Below the pieces are notes generated by a model. It saw nothing but the letters and a program-made list of their open reading frames with translations, was not told the origin of the DNA and ran no database searches. The position numbers and the translations under genes are program-made. From Pseudogymnoascus verrucosus (lineage: Eukaryota), in the NCBI GenBank assembly GCA_001662655.1, contig KV460242.1: a DNA stretch of 64,000 nt; one strand, written 5' to 3'. Of the stretch, positions 23,939-35,931 are shown in pieces (the stretch's first letter is position 1; the number at the start of each line of letters is the position of its first letter).

Positions 23939-25839
23939 CTAAAGATTTGCCTTTGCCACTTTTATTGACTCCTCTGGTTGTTTTCCTAGAAGGCTCATGC
24001 CCCCGGTGTTCTTGACCGTCCCGCTCTTGCTTAATAACATCCTCCTTCCCCCGGTGGTAGCTGGCGAGTCATCATCTGCCTCCCGTATATAATATCCCCA
24101 GTCAGCAGTCCTGTCCAGCTCAGTCTGACCATAACCATTTCCAAGCCACGCAAATCTATTCCCGCTATACTTCACATCCCAATCCTCAAGCCTTACTTCC
24201 GAGATGGCTTCGATGTAGTGAAGTGTTGAGCCGGGCCAGACACCGGTAACGGGACCATCCCGACCATTCTTGTACCATGAGCGACAAGGGTCGGCCCATA
24301 CGGATTTCTCCATGAAGTTATCCTTATAAACGATGAAGTCACTAACTGCCTCTCGTGTTGGGGCGAACGAACGGATATTTCGAGTTTGATAGCGGTCGAT
24401 CAGCTGGAGCATATAATCCGCCTGCGCTTCGATCGCTGATAATAAAGGGCCGTTACCGACGGGTGAGTTGGGGCCAAGGAAAATCAGGTAATTAGGGAAC
24501 CCGGCTGCTGCCATGCCGAGATAAGATTGTGCTTCTTCTTTCCACTGGTCTTGAAGATTTGTTCCATCTGGACCGATGACATGGAAGCGGGGCTTGAACG
24601 TAGTGTCGAAGCCGGTGGCACAAATGAGAATGTCGACTGGGTATTCACATCCGTTGTCACAGAGGCATCCTTTTCCGGTAATTTGGTTGATCTCACCAAC
24701 GACGACAGTGACGTTGTCCTTACCCAAGCTTTCGAGGTATCCAACCCCTGGAGTAAATCGCCTACACCCTACAGCCCACTTGGGAATTAATTGCGTTTCG
24801 AGGCGTTCATTCCGAAGCTTTTCTCTCATCTGTCCCGCTATATACTCATGCGCATCTTTGTTGGGCTTCGTGTCTTTCAAGAAGATTCCAAATTGTCCAC
24901 TCAGACCGCGCTCGATCCCCTTTCGGTATTCAGTAAGAACTTGGGGCTTCCGTGCAAATTCGCGTCTTTCCTCATCGGAAAAGCTATGCTGTTCAAATCC
25001 CTGCACTGGCGATACCCAAGTTGGCTCGCGGATGAACGTAGTGACATGCTTTGCAATGGGTTGGAGCTGTGGGAGGATCTGGACGCCAGTCGATCTACTA
25101 GACGTTAGGGTTTGTGTTTCTGAAAAAGGGGGGCATGTTTCCTCACCCATTCCCGATCAGCCCGACATGTTTCCCAGTGAGATCTATGTTCTCATCCCAG
25201 TCCGAGGTATGGAGTAGAGTACCCTCATAGCTGTCGAGCCCAGGAATCGCTGGCCATTTCCAATTGTTTAGAAGCCCTGACGCGTTGATCAGGATATCGC
25301 AGTGCTGACTAAACTCCTGACCCCCCCTTAGGTCTCGAATCTTGACATCATAACCCGCCGTCTCATTGTTCCAGCACGCGCCAATAACCTGATGCTGACC
25401 TCTGATGTATTCGTTGAGATGATATTTTGCTGCGAACGAGTTGAAGTAATCGTATATCTCCTTGCCGCTTGCATACACAGCAGAAAAGTCAGGGTTTGGC
25501 TCAAAACTCCAAGTGTAATTATGGGCGGGAACATCACACGCAACACTACGTCCATCATCACTGTCAGGAAGCCAGCCACCATATCGTGATTATTATCAAA
25601 CATACATACCCTGGATATCTCTGCTCAAACCAAGTGCCACCCACCCCCGAATTCTTCTCAAATACCGTCAAAGAATAATTTCTAAAATGTCGCTGAATCT
25701 TGTACGCCATCAGCAGGCCAGAAGGCCCGGCGCCAATACAAATGATATTCACATGTCTCTCGGCATGTATTGGACCTCCCAGTCGCTTACTGGCTTGATC
25801 ATCTGGAGATGTGCCAGCTGGGATTATCAAGGGTGTCAT
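23939..25839 (-). CDS. Baeyer-Villiger/FMO-type flavin monooxygenase (StcW/MoxY-like; exons 25839-25610, 25545-25147, 25094-23939)
   Basis: GAGPSG, GGTWFEQRYPGVACDVPAHNY, YEGTLLHTSDWD (BVMO fingerprint), IGNGSTGVQI, GCRR, CATGFD. Confidence 0.92.
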
Positions 25840-26004
25840 TCTCGCAAGTTTCGGCGTGGAAGCTGGTGTTGGAGCAGTTATTTTTTATTTTTTTGCTTGT
25901 CTTTTCTTTTTACTTTTACCCCCTATGAAATCCAGAAATACACAATATAAGTATAGAAGTATAGAACCAACTTTTAATACCTCGCTAGCGCCCACGTGGA
26001 GGGT

Positions 26005-26058
26005 CCAGAGTGCCAGAGTGCAGAGTGCAGAGTGCTAGAGTGCAGAGTGCAGAGTGCA
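26005..26058 (+). repeat. CAGAGTG heptamer tandem repeat (~7 copies) upstream of the BVMO
   Basis: Directly visible. Confidence 0.85.
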
Positions 26059-27323
26059 CGTTAGGTGAGTACAACGTGGTACTGTATTCTGTAGATTACA
26101 GCACCGTCGTCGACAAATCTTGCTCACTGCCCCAATTGGTAATTTAGTATGTACATGTACTAAAATATGAGAGTATGCGTACTGAATGTTAGGTGCAGGG
26201 TATTGCGCCCATTCTGCTGAAGATACGTACTCGTAGCACTGCGTGGCACGAACCCCATCAGTGCGTTGATCATTGATGGTTCCTGGAAGTCCCTTATTAT
26301 GAGCCACCGCTGCAAGTACCACAACTACAAGTACCACGTAAACGCAGCAGGGTATGGAAGTGGAAATTGAAGTCAGGTAAGAAGTGAGCTCTCATTACTA
26401 CGAGAATACTACCAAACTACGAACTACGGCGAACTACCACATACTACGGCGTACTACGAAAAAGGGGCATGTAGTGCAACCACGTGTACTGTCTGTTCCT
26501 CTATCCCTCCCTTGCTTTACGGGTGACAGTACGCCAGCTAATCTTACCTGTAGCTACTGTACTGTACTTCACTGTACAGTACAAAAAGACGAGAGTAAAC
26601 TGTACCTGTAGCAGCGTAGTGTTAGCAATAATAACCCGCAATCAACAACCATAACCAACAAGCAACAACCAAAGTTAACAATTAATCCATAATAATTGTT
26701 CCTCACGGCACGGGGAACGGATAGAGCACTGTTGAGATGTGATTCAAAAGTTGGCTAGACCGTTAATTGTACTGTACTATTTAGCGGGTACACTCGCTCT
26801 CTTTTGTTTCTCACTTGGGTGCTGTAGCACTACTGGCCGTCCCACAAGCCGTCCGGCTCCTCCCTCCCGCGAACCCACCTAATCCCACACGCTAACCCTG
26901 CACGGTCCCTGAACTTACTAGGGAAAGTATTGGCCCCTGCCCGCTAGTGCCTTTGTGGAAGTACTTTCATTAACCCGCGTTGCGAATTTTACCTCACTCA
27001 TTGTTATTGATACGGGTGAATTTACCCGTTCACCGCGCTGCGTGGAGGTCCTTGAGGGCTGTTGGTCGAAGCGAGACTCTCATATTCTGTTTTTAAATCT
27101 GCGGCCCCCCAGTCTCGTTGTCAGTACTTGCGCCTGTCCCGTTGCTTCCTACCGACGAGAAACATCGCGTTGGGGCTTCATTGTTGTGAAACGACATTAG
27201 ACGCTGCTTGTGTTCTGGGGATTGCTGTCAATTAGCGAACTTGTCCCTCCGGTCACGTTATCCCAGGTCCTCTGGAAAATAAGCTCGAGGCTCGCAAGCA
27301 GTCACAGTCACAGTGCATTCACG

Positions 27324-29047
27324 ATGGTGTCCGTAAGTAGAAGTCACGTCCCTGTCGCGGCGGCCGCTGGGCAGCCTCGAGCTATATCAATGGGCATGAG
27401 GGTTTGATGTACTGACGTGGAAGCTTCCTAGTCAAAAGCGTTTCTCGCCTTCTCGTTGAAATGCCTGGCATCTTTCGTGACAATCCAGCTGTCGAGCTGC
27501 TCCGTTGCAGCAGCAGCCACCGTCCTGCCAGCTGGCAACCTTGAGGGGTCGGCAGATGCCGCGATGAGGATTAACAAGATGACTGACAAACTTGGGCCGC
27601 AGCTGTCACAGGGTGCGCTGGTCTATCTCTCGGGGTCTGATAAATTCGACATCCTCACGGAGCGATGGCAGCTATTTGCCCCTCCAACATTCATCGCTGT
27701 TGTAGTCCCTAGGTGTGAACGGGACGTGCAGCTGACCGTAAGTCAACGCCATAAAGCTGGGCTTGGGAATCAGGCTGATTGAAACCAAAGATTCAACTGG
27801 CAAACTGGTTCGGTCTTCCATGGCTTGCTATCTCAGGCCACCACGGGTCTATAAACAGCCTGGGAACCTTCAAACTCGGCATCCAGATTTCGATGGAGAG
27901 CTTCAACGACATTAACCTTAGTGCCGATGGACGGACGGCTCGTATTGGGGGCGGAACGCTCTCTAAAAAAATCACCGACACTCTTTGGGCGAAGGGCAAG
28001 CAGACTGTAACAGGTGCATGCGAGTGTACTTCTCTCGTTGGTCCCATGCTGGGCGGTGGCCATGGCTGGCTACAAGGTCGTAATGGACTCTCTGCAGACC
28101 AGCTCATCGAGGCGCGCGTGGTCCTTCCGAACGGGCAGCTCGTGACAGTCAGCGAGCATTCGGAATATCGTGACCTCTTCTGGGCTCTGAAAGGCGCCGG
28201 TCACAACTTTGGCGTCGTGATAGAGGTCAAGTACAAGGTCTATGACGTGTCTAACAATGGCGGAAGAGATTGGACATACGCAAACCTCATCTTTAAGCAG
28301 GACAAGCTCGAGGCGGTCTTCGGTCTGGTCAATAAGATAACTAACAACGGCGAGGGCGACGTCGCATACATCGACTTTGTCTGGTTCCAGCGCGTAGCTG
28401 AGATTGATGCTAAGCTCCCCGTGGTCAGCGTGTACATGCTTTACCAGGGAACCCCCCAAAAGGCGCAGAATTATATCGATATGTACAAGGCGCTGGGTCC
28501 AGCGAATATCACCATCGTCAAAACCGACTATACGCAGATCTCGTCTCTAACCGGAAACGGCAACGACGGCATCGCTTGCGTCCACGGCGAGTACAGTGCT
28601 CTGCGCTTCCCTACTGGCTTCAAGACCTATAATCTCACCACCAACCGCAAACTCTTCAATAAATTCGCCGACATCACTTCCCAGCAGCCCGCGTTCGCTA
28701 ACAGCTTCTTCCTCTTCGAGGACTACTCAACCCGGGGTGTGTCGGCCGTCGATGCCGATTCCACCGCGTTTCCGGATCGCTTTAATCACCATCTCATCAG
28801 CCCTGTGATCATCTACTTCGACTCTTCGCTTAACGACCAGGCTGTTCAGGCCGGGCAGGAGCTCAGGAAAATCGCCTTGGAAGGCAAGTCTGGACCACTC
28901 AACGCATATGTAAACTATGCGCACGGCGACGAGTCGGAGGAAGACTGGTACGGCCACGAGAAATGGAGGATCCAGAGGCTGAAGAGCTTGAAGAAGAAGT
29001 ATGACCCGGACAACAAATTGGTTTATTACGCTCCGATCAAGGCGTAG
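27324..29047 (+). CDS. BBE-like FAD-linked oxidoreductase with signal peptide (exons 27324-27332, 27432-27737, 27791-29047)
   Basis: AISGHHG (covalent-FAD His position), GPMLGGGHGWLQGRNGL..D, DLFWALKGAGHNFGVV, AYVNYAHGDE...RLKSLKKKYDP; 9 nt first exon with GTAAGT donor. Confidence 0.9.
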
Positions 29048-29869
29048 GGTAGAATCATGCCATGGAGCATTTCTTGCATTGTGTGTACAGTACAAGTACA
29101 CTAGCCGGAAGCAAAGAAGGATTCAATGTGCTTAACCTAATAGATATTGATAATTCTGAAATAACCCCCACATTTATGAAAATAAAAAGTGGTGAACTTT
29201 GTAGCTTCACGTCATTGCGACTAAGATGAGGTGCAAACATTCTCTCGTCCCTTGCATATGCCGCCAAGGGAACAATACTGTTGTACGTTGTGCTATCCCT
29301 CTGCCATTGTACTCGTACAGGGTATAATATCAGAACACTCGGGAGAAACCCGAGTACACCTTTGGGTAAGAAGGGTATGGTAAGTAATTACAAGGCAGCT
29401 ACCACGATACCGCAACCAAATCACAAGGTCCGTTCGCGAATGTGCGTGCATGCATGCAAGTGGATGTTGGAGGATGTTGGAGGATGTTGGAGGGGGACCC
29501 AAGACGAAACGGAACCCATGTACGAAAAATATAATCCTTACCAGTGTGCGTCGTATAAGCAGATTGGGGTTGTAGCCGTCCCGCCCTCGAAGACGCTGTC
29601 CATGCCCCTTGAAATTAATATTCTTCGATGGGAGTTTGGCAATCTTGCTGCTTCGTCTTGGAACCCTTGGGTTGCTGGTACCTACACAGTCGCCGCAGTC
29701 TTGCAGCGAAGCTGTTCTTGTGCTGTATGTATGTAGCAAAGAGAGTCGATTATGAGGGGCTAAATACCGTTGCTTTAGAACACCTATTCGCACATGTACA
29801 GCATATAGTGACCGCCAACTGTAGATAATGTGCTTAGGGTGCTATACAGTATTTGAGGAAGGTTGCCAA

Positions 29870-29905
29870 GGTACGGTACGGTACGGTACGGTACGGTATG
29901 GTACG
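29870..29905 (+). repeat. GGTAC pentamer microsatellite
   Basis: Directly visible, about 7 units. Confidence 0.85.
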
Positions 29906-31060
29906 ACAAGGATCTCTCAGGGCATACTGAAGTAATATCTCCACGGCGGAATTCTCTGTTATGCAGTTACATAGTAGCTAATCTTTGTGTTCGTTATTTG
30001 GGTAAGATTCTCCGTGTGTCTCGTTTGTTTCGGACAGAGTGTACTGTAATTAAGGTAGTATCTTGCCTTCACTGACCCACAAATCTGCAGTAGAAACAGG
30101 ATGCTATCTTTGAGAATCGCAACCCGTCTATTTCCACACCAGTATGGTCATTGTGAGGCCACTCCATCCATACGCGTATTGAAAGTATGAGTGAACTAAC
30201 GAACAGAAGGCCCGATTTTAACAGGGACGGTATTGCCAACTGTGGTTGTGATCCAGGGGTATTGTGCGAATCAGGAAGGCCCTGTGGGCTTCTGATGGGA
30301 ATCCCTACCTTGCTTCTTACAACTGTGATTGCAGACATACCTTACCACAGACGCCACAGCAACTTTTGTTAGCATGTCTTGCATGGACTCTCTGGGTTTC
30401 ATCGCTGCTGTAGGATTTCGGCCGTTTGAGTTTTAGCGACTCAGACTCATTCTTAATACTGAGATAGTTTCATATGCTGAGCGCAACTCTCTCAAAAGCA
30501 TAGCAAGATAGGTATTTGTTGCTATACTGACTGACTGTTACTACCTTTGCAACAGGTAGCTTGTGGTTGCGGTATCGCTGCTTACTGCTTGCTCTGTTAT
30601 TTGTTCATTTGCGACGTGGAGGGATGTGGAAGAATAATCAGCAAGCCGAACCTATTCCTAATCTAGAACACTTTTCTGCATTGTAATACTTTGTAATCCC
30701 CTAATCCCCCGTTTGAACAAATTTACTTTTGCATGCCGGCAATCACCATACATACTGTACAATGGATCTTTCGTTGCCACCCCTAGGTCTAAAATCTGTC
30801 CTTGGCACTAAACAAGCTTATCCCAGGTTATGGCTCGGCTTATGGCCCGTATGGAGACGGACATATAGTATTTTCCACGGGTTGTTTGTGAATGGTATTC
30901 TATTCATTGCGGATACCAGTCTCCTTTCTATAAGTCGGCAACACCGTTCCTATATAATATACTAGCTTCAGCGGCAGGACAGGAATCGCGGGATTGAGAA
31001 CTTGAAGACAACACAGCGCTCATTGACCCACCCAGCAAAACGACCAGCATAGCGACCAAC

Positions 31061-32290
31061 ATGGGAATAATTTCCATCGGCGGAAACCCTCGAGGCGCGA
31101 AACTCATCATCGTCGAGACAATCTTCATCTTCTTTGATGTTGTGGCCGTGGCAGGGCGAATATGGTCGCGACGGATCCAGCAAAAAGCGCTTCAGTTCAA
31201 CGACTGGAGCATCATCGTCGCCTTGGTCGTTATGATTGCGCGATATGGCAATGAGATTAGCAGTACGGGTATCCTCTTCCACTCGGAATCGTCCTCTTTT
31301 GACTCGCTTGGTAGTGGTTGTTGTAGCTGGTTTCGGATTGCACGCCACGAATATTGAGGCAGAGTATGGATCCGAAAAAATCACTCAGTTCGGCATGGTA
31401 TGTTGGACCACGAGCTTGCGACGTGAGAGTATGAGACTGATCAGAGATACAGTTGTCCTTTGCAGACGATATGCTATGGCTTGCCTTGGTCACCCTCATC
31501 AAGCTTTCCGTACTCGATCTATACGACAAGATCTTCCAGAGACCTGTCTTTTCGACGATAAATTGGATTGTTTTCGCCATCTGCGCAACAACCGGTGTTG
31601 CGTTCATCTTTGTTAGAGCATTGATTTGCCGGCCCGTTGCAATGAACTGGGACTTCACTACACCAGGTGGTACTTGCGGCGACCTGCACACCATGTATAT
31701 GTCTTTGGCCTCCATCGATCTAATTCTCGACTTGCTGGTGGTCTTCCTGCCTATGCCTGTTGTATGGAATCTTCAGATGGCATTCAGTAAAAAGATTGCA
31801 ATTAGTGCTGTCTTTGGACTCGGTGCTGCGTACGTAGACTCCTTGCTGTCCCCTATGCGACCAGTGGAATTGGAGCATTGCTAACTTTCGTCGCAGTATC
31901 TGTTGCATTACCGCCGTCCGCTTGAAGTTTATTGGCGAGATCGATGTATTGGATCCGCAGTTTAGCCAGATCAAGTTTAACATTTTTGCTGCCCTCGAAC
32001 CCCTTCTTGGTATTATCAACGCCTGCTTGCCGGTGCTCCCACCGGTGATTGCCAAATTATTCCGCAGCGCCGCATTTCGAAGCACATTCAAGGGAACCGC
32101 ACAAAAAAACTCCACAGGCACAAGTGACTTCAAGAACTTCAGCAGTCACAAAGGCACTGGTTTAGTCTCATCTGCGTCTACGGGACGGCAATTCGAGAGG
32201 CTTGAGGACGAGTATCCTCTCAATGACATACGAAGGAGTAGGCAACATCGGATCGAGCCCCAAGAAACCCACGCTGACTCTCAAGTTTAG
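31061..32290 (+). CDS. PTH11/SAT4-like fungal rhodopsin-domain membrane protein, 4 exons
   Basis: RIWSRR...DWSIIVAL, GFGLH, IKLSVLDLYDKIF, ICRPVAMNWD...GTC, DLLVVFLPMPVVWNLQM..KKI, EPLLGIINACLP; three GT-AG introns. Confidence 0.88.
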
Positions 32291-33328
32291 ATGCGCGAAG
32301 GGATATCTCTGAGGAGTTTGGCAATAATATTCGTGTCTCCAGGAAGTGGGACCTTGAGTATTCATCCAGTAAGTCTGATAATGATGAGACTACGAGTAAA
32401 GGTCTGGGAATTGCTCACTAGGCTACGTTTGATGTTCTCCTGTAATCATAGCCCTACATACAGTGATATAGTATGCCGCCGGAAAGGGGGTGGACGTTAC
32501 GATTGATCTCGCACTTAGATGTGAATTACGTCAAGAATAGGCAGATCACAGTAGTCGTTTGCATAGCTTCTGCAACCTGAAAATCAGTTTGCACATGAAG
32601 GCACTGGCTGCTCTTCACACCTGCCGCGCGAGCTGTTCCCTTGCCAGCTGCTGGAGATGGCCGGCAGCGGACACGCTCAAAATGCGGATGCGATCTGTTA
32701 CAAATAGGTACTCGCAGATAGTAATGTAACAACACAGATCCTACGTCGTCCATCTCGAACCTGCAATTTTAGCGATTTGGATGCCCTCATAAGCCTTTGG
32801 TGCTCTCTGGAACCAAAACTGTGCCACACGATCATATTATGACGGAGGTACAGTTCAGAGGTGATCCGAAAGAGGGTACTCCATGCGACGGCTGTAACAT
32901 CAGGGTTCAGCACAGAAGGCTTGTAGGCGGAAGTTACCAGCATACCCTCCCTTTGTTAGAATACGAGAACTACAAAATATAATCGACGATAAGAACTACT
33001 GTAGAAGAAGTGGGATGTTTCTTTGCCAAGTTTCAAAGATTTCTACGGCCATACTACCTGTACACGAGAGCCACTTACGATTTGGAAATCCCTCCCCGTG
33101 TTTGAATATACATGGCGCTACAGTAGAGTAGGTACTCATATGATATGGGTAACCTGGAAACTAGTACTAACTAACGGGCATGGCGCTAATGCATGCACGA
33201 CGTTTGTGCTCTACCCCTGGCACTCTGATATGTCCCCTTTTGCCATTACCCATGTACGGTACCGTCAATCCAATTGGATCCCCACATTTGAGTGGCTTAT
33301 TCTCGGCGCTTTGTGGCCCGGGGACCAC

Positions 33329-33472
33329 GCATCACTTCCGGAACCCTTACAGGAGAATAAGCGCTAGACGGCCTGGATTTTTACTACGTTATGGGGTAGC
33401 ATCACTTCCCGAACCGTTACAGGAGAATAAGCGCTAGACGGCCTAGACTTTTACTACGTTGTGGAGTAGCAT
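33329..33472 (+). repeat. 70 bp tandem duplication in O-methyltransferase promoter
   Basis: GCATCACTTCC(G/C)GAACC(C/G)TTACAGGAGAATAAGCGCTAGACGGCCT... at 33329 and 33399. Confidence 0.9.
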
Positions 33473-33557
33473 TAACAAAATTTATATACTTTTTTTGCCA
33501 GTTCGTTTAAATACTACACTTAGAAAAATCTCTATTCGATTCTACAAGTTCGCCGAC

Positions 33558-34976
33558 ATGGCTCTGAAACCAATATCAATCATCAACCTCTCTCGCGAGA
33601 TTTTGACTCTCACTGAAAGAGTCGCCGCTTATTTTTCTGAAAAGAACCTGCCAGAGCCAAGTTTCGATGCTTCATATCACGGGACTCCCAATGATCCCGA
33701 GTTCGAAGAGATTCAGGCTCCCCTTATTGAAGCTCTTGCGGATTTATCACTACTCGTTCAGGGACCAAAGATTTTCCTTCGGACTTTCGGCCTCGCCTTC
33801 CAGGATCTTGCCGCATTTCAGATTGCGCTGGAATTTAACTTCTTCAAAAATATCCCACTGGAAGGATCAATAACCTCGAGGGAGCTGGCAAGGGCGGCTG
33901 GAATAGGTGAAGACATCACGGCCTCCGCTGTACGTCTACTAGCTACTCAAAGAATATTTGTGGAGAGTGAGCCTGGTGTGTTCCAGCACACTTCGATATC
34001 CGCTGTGTTGGGCAGAGATGACGACATCCAGGCTGCCATACATATGGAGTAGGTTCTCAATGGGTCCCCTGTCCGTTTACTAATTGCCACATAGAGTCGA
34101 TGACATGTTCAAGGCCGCTTCAGATATTGATCTTGCACTGAGAAAGGAGCCCAAAAACTATAGCCACGAGTCAGCGCCTTTTAATATCAGACATGGAGAC
34201 ATTGCTTATGACTGGTACTCCAAGAATCCGCGGAAAGGGGCTCGATTCGCACAGGCTATGACTGGGTTTTCGAAGTTAGATCGTCCCATCTCCCCTCTTC
34301 GCGATGAATACCCATGGGCATCGCTAGGCAGAGGTAAAGTTGTTGATGTTGGTGGAGGCAATGGCTCTATCTCCATGATGCTGGCGAAGGTTGGCTACCT
34401 CAGTCGGAATTTTTAAGCTTGTATTGACACGGTATCAGGAATTCCCGGACCTTGAGTTCATTGTTCAAGACATATCAGAGGACATGATGCGTCAAGCATC
34501 CCTACGTAAAGAGATGGATGGGCTAGAAGGCCGAGTGACTTTCATGCAACATGACTTCTTTGAGCCACAGCCTATACACGATGCAAGGGCGTTCTTCCTC
34601 CGCCACATCTCTCATAACTATGTGGACAGTGAGTGCGTGAAAATCCTCCGCGCGCTTATCCCAGCACTCGAGAAACGGCCTGGAACCCCAGTACTCATAA
34701 ACGACGTAGTGCTGCCGGAGCTAAATTCCAAAGAGAGATACAAAGAGCGAATCATGCGGCAGACTGATATTGCTATGTTTGTGGTGCTAGGTGCAAAGCA
34801 GCGAAGTGCTTCGCAATTCCATGCTCTAGTCAAACAGGCCGACCCACGATTCGAGGTAAGATATTGCTCCGGATGGATCACCCCATGGAACGAACTGGCG
34901 CTGACAACTGCCCCAGATCAAGAAAATCCATGGCAATCTTAATATTGGGCTTGTAGAAGTTGTACTTGGCAATTAG
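33558..34976 (+). CDS. SAM-dependent O-methyltransferase (Methyltransf_2; exons 33558-34048, 34095-34389, 34439-34855, 34917-34976)
   Basis: VVDVGGGNG, FIVQD, QHDFFEPQP, FFLRHISHNY, GAKQRS; N-terminal dimerisation region typical of fungal secondary-metabolite OMTs. Confidence 0.93.
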
Positions 34977-35931
34977 GGGCCACAATCACGAGCTTTTGTG
35001 CCTCTCACAATCACCTATATAGGAAAAAGCAACTATTCCGAGGTATTCCCAAAAGGGATAGTTTAGCAGAAAATCTCTATGAATATGCTGTGCAGCTTAA
35101 ATCTTTACATTATCATTTTCGGCACGAAAAGTAATTCTAGGGGGGTACATGTTCAACTGCAAATGATGAAAATAATAGGTTGTCCTGCAATACGCTTCGT
35201 CCAACGAGGTAAGCAACAATAGGCTGTGTACCCCAGTAAAATATGCATACGGGGATAGTACCTGCTAGCAAAGCGTTGTTACCGTATGCGTGCTATTACT
35301 TAGGAGAGCTAACTAATCTAATTAACCTAGGAAAGTGCATGAAGCCCCCAATTTGATCTATTACTTAATTAAATAAAATCTCATTACTTTTAGGCTGAAT
35401 CTCCGTGCAGAGGAGACAGTACACTTTTATACACAAGAGTGTATCCAAGGAAGTACGTGAATGATAGCCCCTAGCGGTGAAGGTTGCAATTCGGTTAATC
35501 TTGCAGCTTTGGTAGACCTTGACGACGGGCCAAAGTCCATACAAGGTAGTGGCAAACATGCAGCTACTACTTGACCGCCTGTGGGAGCAAAAATTTGACC
35601 CCGACCTCATAGCATGCAGCACCACAGAAAGAAATTACAAATAGCAGTCACATCACTAAGATTAATACCTGCCTGTCTTTCATGTTGCAGTGACTGACTA
35701 CGAACAGGCCAGACATTAAAACTCTGTACGTATGGGATTCCAAGACAAAACCTATCGCCGAAACTTTCCATAGATTACTTGCAGATAAAGGCCGACAGTG
35801 TGAATTACCCCCATCGCACATATAGTTTTCACAACAAGATCTGCAGTCCGCCAATAGCAAGCATTTCCAAGTGGTGTTTTCAGAGCAGTGTGCATCGAAC
35901 AAGACTGGGCTTCGTTGCTTGTATTCTACTC

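Noticed and set aside
29281..30420. Possible gene or transcription-factor relic between the oxidase and PTH11-like gene
   Set aside because: Splice-like signals are present but no recognisable domain or coherent gene model.
32280..32425. Alternative-frame C-terminal extension of the PTH11-like protein (..NNIRVSRKWDL..)
   Set aside because: Could indicate a frameshift, but the tail is poorly conserved and cannot be judged without homologues.
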